Source: Ginkgo biloba (taxonomy: Eukaryota; Plantae; Ginkgophyta). Taken from it: DNA of 17,570 nt. The stretch is taken from the NCBI GenBank assembly GCA_024626585.2, contig JANKJI020000001.1, forward strand, positions 11,904,769 through 11,922,338. The letters run 5' to 3'. The notes below the pieces were generated by a model. That model had not been told where the DNA came from. It saw nothing but the letters and a program-made list of their open reading frames with translations, and ran no database searches. Shown here piece after piece: positions 10,867-17,570 of the stretch. The first letter of the stretch is position 1. Each line of letters begins with the position of its first letter. A program made the position numbers and the translations under genes.

Positions 10867-13800
10867 GTAAGTTTTCCAGCATTTTCTTGATATTTTAACT
10901 GCTTTAATATGATATTGTTCTGATTAGAAATAACNNNNNNNNNNNNNNNNNNNNNNNNNNNNNNNNNNNNCTTGCACGATAAGAATTCTGCGATTTTTCT
11001 TCAATATATGTACAGTTCGGAACAACTTTGTGTATGTAGAAATTTTGATTCTGATAAAATTGTTGTGAATCATAGCATTTTATGTGTATCGCTATGTGAG
11101 CTTAAGTGACTCTTGTCCTCCTTTGAGGTAAAATACAAACCTATGGGACTTTGCAAAGCTAAAAATTTAAAAACAAAATATGTCTTCAACCTATAGGCCC
11201 CCCTAATTTATTCATTTTCCAATGGAGTGGGACCATGTAACTGATGAGGAAGAATTGAACTAGTTTTTTTCTGAATGCATGACCATATTGCCTTGGCCAT
11301 TCCCATATTATATAAGCTGAAACATATGTGAATAAGAGATGGAGTTTCCTTCCTCTCCCCAGAGATACCCACATATCTGAGGCTTGAAGATTTTATTATA
11401 AAATCCACTACTTTATATATTTTTCTATGTCATGTGAAACNNNNNNNNNNNNNNNNNNNNNNNNNNNNNNNNNNNNNNNNNNNNNNNNNNNNNNNNNNNN
11501 NNNNNNNNNNNNNNNNNNNNNNNNNNNNNNNNNNNNNNNNNNNNNNNNNNNNNNNNNNNNNNNNNNNNNNNNNNNNNNNNNNNNNNNNNNNNNNNNNNNN
11601 NNNNNNNNNNNNNNNNNNNNNNNNNNNNNNNNNNNNNNNNNNNNNNNNNNNNNNNNNNNNNNNNNNNNNNNNAGGATGGAACTGATTTGTGTTACATATC
11701 AAGTAATATAGAACTGTTACTAAACTGTTAAACAAATAAGTGATGTCCTATCAGTCTTTGAAGCACAAGAAACTGTGAGCGAAATGATAAGTAGATTGTC
11801 ATTTGGTGGATTACAAGCTGAATCAAACAAGATGAGGCCACCAGAAGAGGCACAAGTACATACTCGATTTGGAAGGAACAGTTCCCCTCTTGACATAAGG
11901 CTACAAGGACNNNNNNNNNNNNNNNNNNNNNNNNNNNNNNNNNNNNNNNNNNNNTGTAGATTATTCAGGATCACACCTTCCCTCAAATCAAATTATTCAC
12001 ATGTTTGTCTTTTATTCAATGGCAGGTTGAGAATTGCGGGATTGGTTATCCACTTGGATGTTTCTTTTGCATGTGTATGATGTGCAGGTACAAAAAAAGC
12101 GTGAACAATATGGTAAACTTGACAAAGCAGTTCTGAGCATTTGGGAATGCTGTGAACTCCTGAATGAGTTTGTAGATGAGAGTGACCCTGATCTTGATGA
12201 ACCTCAAATAGAACACCTGCTGCAAACTGCAGAAGCCATCCGTAGAGATTATCCCAATGATGACTGGCTGCATTTGACAGGTCTTATCCATGGTATGAAT
12301 TAGACTTTAAATCTCATCTCACTTCCAAATTTGTCAAATAATTCGTACAACAGAAAACCAAATGTGTTAGGGTGTGGACAAACTGATCTTATTGGCAGCA
12401 GGTATGTTGGTTTTCTCTTACATATCCTCTGTCTATATGATCACTAGTACTTTGGTCATCACTTGTTTTAAAAGGGGATTTGAAATCTATAATTTTTAGA
12501 GTTCATTAATAGTACAACCAGCTTCTGCAATGACCCATTTGCTCTCAACAGTTTTCTAGTTACAGTAGCAATCTGCAGTCACGAAAGGCAGATTATGTAA
12601 GCAAAGGGGGATTGTTGAAAGCAAGTGGGGTCATATCAATATATTCATGCATTCAAAACGAAACAGAAAATGATAAGCNNNNNNNNNNGAGGATTATTTA
12701 TTTTCCTACAATTATTTATTAATATTTTTTCACTCGCATTGGTTTTCTCCTACACACTGATGATTAGGGCCTTCTCAATTAGGTCTTGACTTAGAAGAAT
12801 CAGTAGTGCAAAATTGTAATCTAAAATGTGTTTGCAGATTTGGGTAAAGTACTACTTCATCCTAACTTTGGAGAGGAACCTCAGTGGGCAGTAGTAGGTG
12901 AGTTTACCGAAAATGCTATAGTTAACTTCATTTACTGATTAGCCCAAAGCCATAAGTGCTTACTTCAGTACTGAATCCTAACATTTGTAAATTATAGGTG
13001 ACACATTTCCTTTGGGATGCGCTTTTGATGAATCGATTGTTCATTATGAGGTAGAACTATTCTTTGTCCTTTAGTCTTTGTCCATTGCTTGAGAACTTTG
13101 ATTTAATGGTTTTCTATCAAGTATTTTGAAACAGTTAGAGTTCAATATATGTTGTAATGCAGTATTTCAAGAAGAATCCTGATTACAACAATCCAGAGTA
13201 TAACACTAAGTACGGAGTCTATTCAGAGGGTTGTGGCCTGCACAACGTGGTCATGTCTTGGGGGCATGATGACTATATGTATATGGTGTGTATGCATGCG
13301 TGGTGCATGTTTTAATCAAACTCCCATTTTAGCAATCTTGAATCTTGTGATGTTTATTCAGTTGTTTCTGGACTTAAATGCACTCAACTGTTCCTGACAG
13401 GTTGCAAAAGAGAATAAAACAACACTGCCTCCTGCAGCTCTCTTCATCATCAGATACCACTCTTTCTATGGTAATTGTCATAGTTCAAACTTTTGGCAGA
13501 GTACAAGAATAGATGGTATCTGTATTCACTCTGTCAAACATAATAAATTATGTGGCGTGTGTTGTAGCAGCTATGCATCGAGCCGGAGCATACACATACT
13601 TGATGAATGACCATGATAGGGAGATGCTGGAATGGCTCAAGATATTTAAGTAAGAAAAGCCTACTTCTTGGTTTTGTAATGTTGAGGTTTTGAATTTGCT
13701 CATGATTAATGTTGATGTTCTTGTAAGCAGCAAATATGATTTATACAGCAAGAGCAAAGTCAGAATTGATGTGGATGCAGTCAAACCTTACTATACTTCC

Positions 13801-13948
13801 CTCATTGGAAAGGTATTTAACCAAATGCTATGTCATTTTGATTCTAAAATTTTATTACGAGATGGTTTTTATTAGTTCATTGATTGTTCTTTTTTGATGA
13901 ATGTATGTGTTATGTGTGCAGTACTTCCCCGCAAAGTTAAGATGGTGA
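10785..13948 (+). CDS. MIOX: Myo-inositol oxygenase copy B, exons 3-11 (5'-incomplete; exons 1-2 not seen)
   Basis: Exons 10785-10866, 12088-12292, 12838-12897, 12998-13050, 13163-13285, 13401-13470, 13571-13649, 13731-13812, 13922-13948. All GT-AG, phases match, no internal stop. Motifs DESDPD, EHLLQTAE, IHDLGK, PQWAVVGDTFP, MSWGHDDY, RYHSFY, KYDLYSK are present, and it ends YFPAKLRW*. Confidence 0.95.
12088..12292 (+). CDS. MIOX: MIOX copy B exon 4
   Basis: tgcag|VQKKREQYGKLDKAVLSIWECCELLNEFVDESDPDLDEPQIEHLLQTAEAIRRDYPNDDWLHLTGLIH G|gt. Confidence 0.96.
12838..12897 (+). CDS. MIOX: MIOX copy B exon 5
   Basis: (D)LGKVLLHPNFGEEPQWAVV, flanked by ag and gt. Confidence 0.95.
12998..13050 (+). 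CDS. MIOX: MIOX copy B exon 6
   Basis: (G)DTFPLGCAFDESIVHYE, flanked by ag and gt. Confidence 0.95.
13163..13285 (+). CDS. MIOX: MIOX copy B exon 7
   Basis: YFKKNPDYNNPEYNTKYGVYSEGCGLHNVVMSWGHDDYMYM, flanked by ag and gt. Confidence 0.95.
13401..13470 (+). CDS. MIOX: MIOX copy B exon 8
   Basis: VAKENKTTLPPAALFIIRYHSFY, flanked by ag and gt. Confidence 0.95.
13571..13649 (+). CDS. MIOX: MIOX copy B exon 9
   Basis: (A)MHRAGAYTYLMNDHDREMLEWLKIF(N); tagcag acceptor, gtaag donor. Confidence 0.93.
13731..13812 (+). CDS. MIOX: MIOX copy B exon 10
   Basis: KYDLYSKSKVRIDVDAVKPYYTSLIGK; aagcag acceptor, gt donor. Confidence 0.94.
13922..13948 (+). CDS. MIOX: MIOX copy B terminal coding exon
   Basis: tgcag|TAC TTC CCC GCA AAG TTA AGA TGG TGA = YFPAKLRW*, the typical plant MIOX C-terminus. 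Confidence 0.93.
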   Translation, partial: YFPAKLRW

Positions 13949-14513
13949 ATAATAAGACCATCAAATCATATGAATAATGCATGGCTGCAGTCTCGGTAAC
14001 AAGAGTAAGAGTGAAGACCAAATAGATGTTGTCTTGTTGTGTTAACTAGACTATAAATATCAGCTTTGTGCGTTGAATGAAATCAAAGTGAGAACTACTA
14101 TTCATGGAATACTTTATATATCTTTGGAAATATTGAACTCTTGCTATATATTTCGGATTCACTTGCTTAAGGGATGAGAACTTAGATTGGACTATTTTGG
14201 TACATTCATTGTCATGTTGCATCATCTTTCTTTTATATTAATTGTTATAGAAATAGACGTTAATGGAGCAAGAGTTACAAAAACAATTCAACACGCGCAT
14301 GCATATTACCATTATTCAAAATGAATACTCCTCAACAGAAAATAGGGCAAGAATTAACTTACGCTTTGGGTTTGGTGAATCAATGGTTTGAATATATCCT
14401 TACATGTNNNNNNNNNNNNNNNNNNNNNNNNNNNNNNNNNNNNNNNNNNNNNNNNNNNNNNNNNNNNNNNNNNNNNNNNNNNNNNNNNNNNNNNNNNNNN
14501 NNNNNNNNNNNNN

Positions 14514-14818
14514 ATCATAATATCCTCTATAACCATTACTCTCTCACTTTGTTTTAAATTACAATATAGATCAAATTCATTCTTGTAGGAGATAAAATAA
14601 TGAATGAATGAGGAAAGAATCAAGAAAAGAATCAAAGACAACAAGTTATCATGCATGCATTCTCATGCATGTGAGTAGGTAAACTACAACTAGTTACAAC
14701 TTATGCATGTGCATGCATGTGTCAAGTTAAACTAAAGAAAGTGATACCTCATGCATGTGAGAAAAAATAAATGAATTTAATATTATTTCAAACACCCTCC
14801 TATAATATGAAATTCATT
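14514..14818 (-). mobile_element. Possible polypurine tract and start of a 3' LTR with CATGCA-rich U3
   Basis: Minus strand reads ataggagggTGTTTGaaata (purine tract then TG), followed by repeated catgcatg motifs at 14650-14760. No coding domain is seen to confirm it. Confidence 0.35.
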
Positions 14819-17270
14819 ATCCCTCACAAAAAATAATCTCAATGAACTTCAAACGACTCCCAACTAAATGTCAACAATATGATCCAGAGTTGGATAACAC
14901 TCAAACTCAACTACTTTACACTGACTTGCTTTCAAATGAAATGATCATTAATGCATGAATACCATGCCCTTGGTGCACTCTCACATGCTTTGACCTAACA
15001 TTGGATTCTTTGGATGCTGAATAAAAAAATAAGTGTGTCGAATCATTTTGTAGAAGTCCAAAATGACCAAGGAGTCTCATTGGCTAGATTGTTTGTATAG
15101 GTTAGTCTTTTCAAAGTCAAATACTTGAAATTTTCAAGTAACATAATTTTGCCTCTTAAATCTTTGATAATTAAGCAAAAATGAACCAAAAATATTTTGA
15201 CATATTTACAACTTCCAAGTAAATGCCAAGTAAAAGTACAATAATTTTAACTTACATCTATTGAAAAAAATTTGAAAAATAGATTGATACCAGATAAAAA
15301 AATTATGCAAAGAAGGATCGCAAGCATGAGTTTAGAGAATATTCAGAGGTTGTAAGGTCATTACATAAATATTTGACCAGAATATGATGAAAAATAGCTT
15401 TAAGGGATTTAAAAACACAAAACTAAGTTCATTTTTATGAATTTAAGCACCTTTAAGGACTTGAAAGGATAGAGAGAAACTCATTTTATGAACTTAAACA
15501 CTTTTAGGGACACATAACACCTTTTTAAATCATGGTCAAAGGAACTAAAGCCTAAGATTAAAGACTTGAAAGAATAATTTGAAGCATCTTTAAGGCTTAA
15601 ATTTATAGTTGCATGTGATCATAGGCAAAAGATAAAAGGTTTAAAAATAATAAGGTTAGGTTCATTTTAACGCTTAAGCACCCTGTTGCATGTGAGCGAG
15701 GGGCAATTGCTTTAAGGGCTTTAGAAGTTAGATGTCAATTTTTTTTCCATTTGAGTTAAATTAAACCAAACTATAGAGAAATAAAAATATATTTTTTAAA
15801 ATTATTTGAATCGATCAAATAGTTTGATCCTATGCACAGCGCCATCGTGACGACGAGTTGTATGAATTTGATGAATGGTGTGCGACTTAAGTGACTGCAA
15901 TGGTTGGGAGCGGCTTTGACGATCTATGGCAGTTATTTATGGTTAAATGAGAGTCCAAAAATAGACGCCTAAAACCCTTTAAAGGTATTGTGAACCTCCT
16001 TGAGCAAGAACAATCAAACGAACAACCTTTGTGTGTCTACAGGAGCTTCTCAGCAAACTCAGATGACAATCCACAACTTATGCGATTTCCACTAGAGATT
16101 TGGAGCAAAAATGGTGAAAGCATCATTGGCCTGCAACGTCTCTTTCCCCCGTGCAAATCGAATGAAGTTCCCCGCTTCAACACAATGGCCAAAAACCCTC
16201 AAGATCGCCTTTGCAAAATTGAAAACAACATACAACTTCNNNNNNNNNNNNNNNNNNNNNNNNNNNNNNNNNNNNNNNNNNNNNNNNNNNNNNNNNNNNN
16301 NNNNNNNNNNNNNNNNNNNNNNNNNNNNNNNNNNNNNNNTTTATCAATTCTAAAACCTCCTAGAGTCAGGGCGACATCCTTTGAGATGTCTCATTGTATA
16401 TTTCTACAATTGAACTATTTCTTCATGAGACTATTTTCAAACCCCGATTCACCCACGGGTTTATACACCATTTTGAACCATTTTTCATACTCTATAGGGT
16501 TTCTTAGGATAGGGTGACCTATTTTGGGTGTCCCTTTCTGTTGAGCAATCTCATAGTTCCCTTCTCAACATGTACGACCTCCCAGACAGTTCCCATAAAT
16601 AGTTTGACCTTCCCGACAGTTATAGGCATTTTTAGAATTAGTGTAGGGGTTCCAATCGGTGTTATCACCCTTCCACCTCCTCCACGACAAGTTACACCCC
16701 CTCCCTTGCCTCCACGACTAGTTGTGGCCCACCAAAATATTTTGACAAACACTCGTAGGTTGCGTATAGAGCACAAGTTGCACCGCGATTCAAAGTTTAA
16801 AAAAAATGTTTTCTTCCAAAAGACTTTAGAATTTAGGTTTAATTTGATTTTGTTAAGTCCATGATCACGTGAATCAGTCCATATAACTATGGATTTATCA
16901 CAAAAAGGTACTTAAGTTATTATAAGACGTTGTATTGCATTTTTTATCCCGTAGTTTCTATAGGAATTATTTTTTTGGTCTGGGAGCTCATTTTCACTAT
17001 GTAACTACTTATTTTACTACTCTTAAGCTTTGAAAAATAATTTTTTTTATTATATAATGTCTTTTATGTTAGAAGTTAATTTCGTAAGCAGTGAGGATGA
17101 TGAATTTAAAGGAGGAATGATTGTTACAAGTTCACTATGAACTAATTTGGCAACATCAAGCACAAATTGACTGGCTATAATACCAAATCAGTTAGCTACT
17201 TCAAGCCAATCAAGCTCAAGAATCAGTTCCTTTGTGTAATCAAGCTTTTCCTTCCATTTATGGCAAGGAA

Positions 17271-17354
17271 ACCTTGGTGAACAAGCCTATAGAAGGGACA
17301 CCACCAAATGATATCTTAGTGAACAAGCCTCAAGATGGAACAACACCAAAAGAA
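17271..17354 (+). repeat. Two tandem 42-bp units
   Basis: 17271-17312 versus 17313-17354, 33/42 identical. They translate as TLVNKPIEGTPPND / ILVNKPQDGTTPKE within a stop-interrupted frame. Confidence 0.7.
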
Positions 17355-17570
17355 GACTGCAAAGTTCCTATCGCAGTAGCAACAAATAACTCAAACCATG
17401 GAAAAATCAAGTAAGAGATCATTGCAATTCAAACACTTGAAGAGCCAGAGAAAATAGTTGAGCACATCATCAACATGCATGCAAGAGTTGAAGAGAAGAA
17501 CCAGGAAATCAAACTTATGGATTATGGTACATCAACAAAAAGAGGGACCAAGTCTCATACAAGATCCTTT

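Noticed and set aside
10775-10870. ATG just upstream of B exon 3 as a new start codon
   Set aside because: It is out of frame with MIOX and terminates early whether spliced or not.
11208-11408. Minus ORF with ET..LIH..F....AKAIW, reminiscent of a LINE zinc-finger remnant in intron 3
   Set aside because: The key cysteines are missing and the similarity is too weak to call.
11427-12080. Several ORF-track entries within B intron 3
   Set aside because: They are inflated by N runs or have no recognisable homology, and they lie within an intron.
12603-12620. aaagggggattgttg, resembling a copia PPT plus LTR start inside intron 4
   Set aside because: It is an isolated short match with no supporting LTR or coding sequence.
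15990-16864. ORFs of 175, 116 and 85 aa, including a Gly/Arg-rich (minus) or Pro-rich (plus) patch
   Set aside because: They are low complexity, partly span a gap, and show no family motif. They are probably repeat-derived but cannot be assigned.
1-17570. Prokaryotic-type systems (CRISPR arrays, operons) and tRNA or rRNA genes
   Set aside because: None seen. The spliceosomal introns and LTR-retrotransposon remnants indicate plant nuclear DNA.

Overview
This is AT-rich, CpG-poor, gapped eukaryotic DNA from a land plant; a gymnosperm-like large genome is my inference from the style of the retroelement debris. The main content is two paralogous myo-inositol oxygenase (MIOX) gene segments arranged head-to-head. 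Copy A (minus strand) shows coding exons 1-3 (1849-1804, 1613-1520, 1418-1337) and runs into an intron that leaves the window on the left. Copy B (plus strand) shows exons 3-11 (10785-13948) with canonical splice sites, an unbroken frame and all di-iron ligands, but no exons 1-2 and no usable ATG. A degenerate G-patch-encoding element abuts copy B where exon 2 should be. Copy A exons 1-3 joined to copy B exons 4-11 would give a complete 306-aa MIOX. The spacer holds degenerate Ty3/gypsy integrase and gag fragments, including an inverted gag pair sharing the same premature stop, and a dense cluster of DRE/CRT (RCCGAC) motifs. The right end is mostly unassigned repeat-like DNA. Many N gaps limit conclusions about order and orientation.
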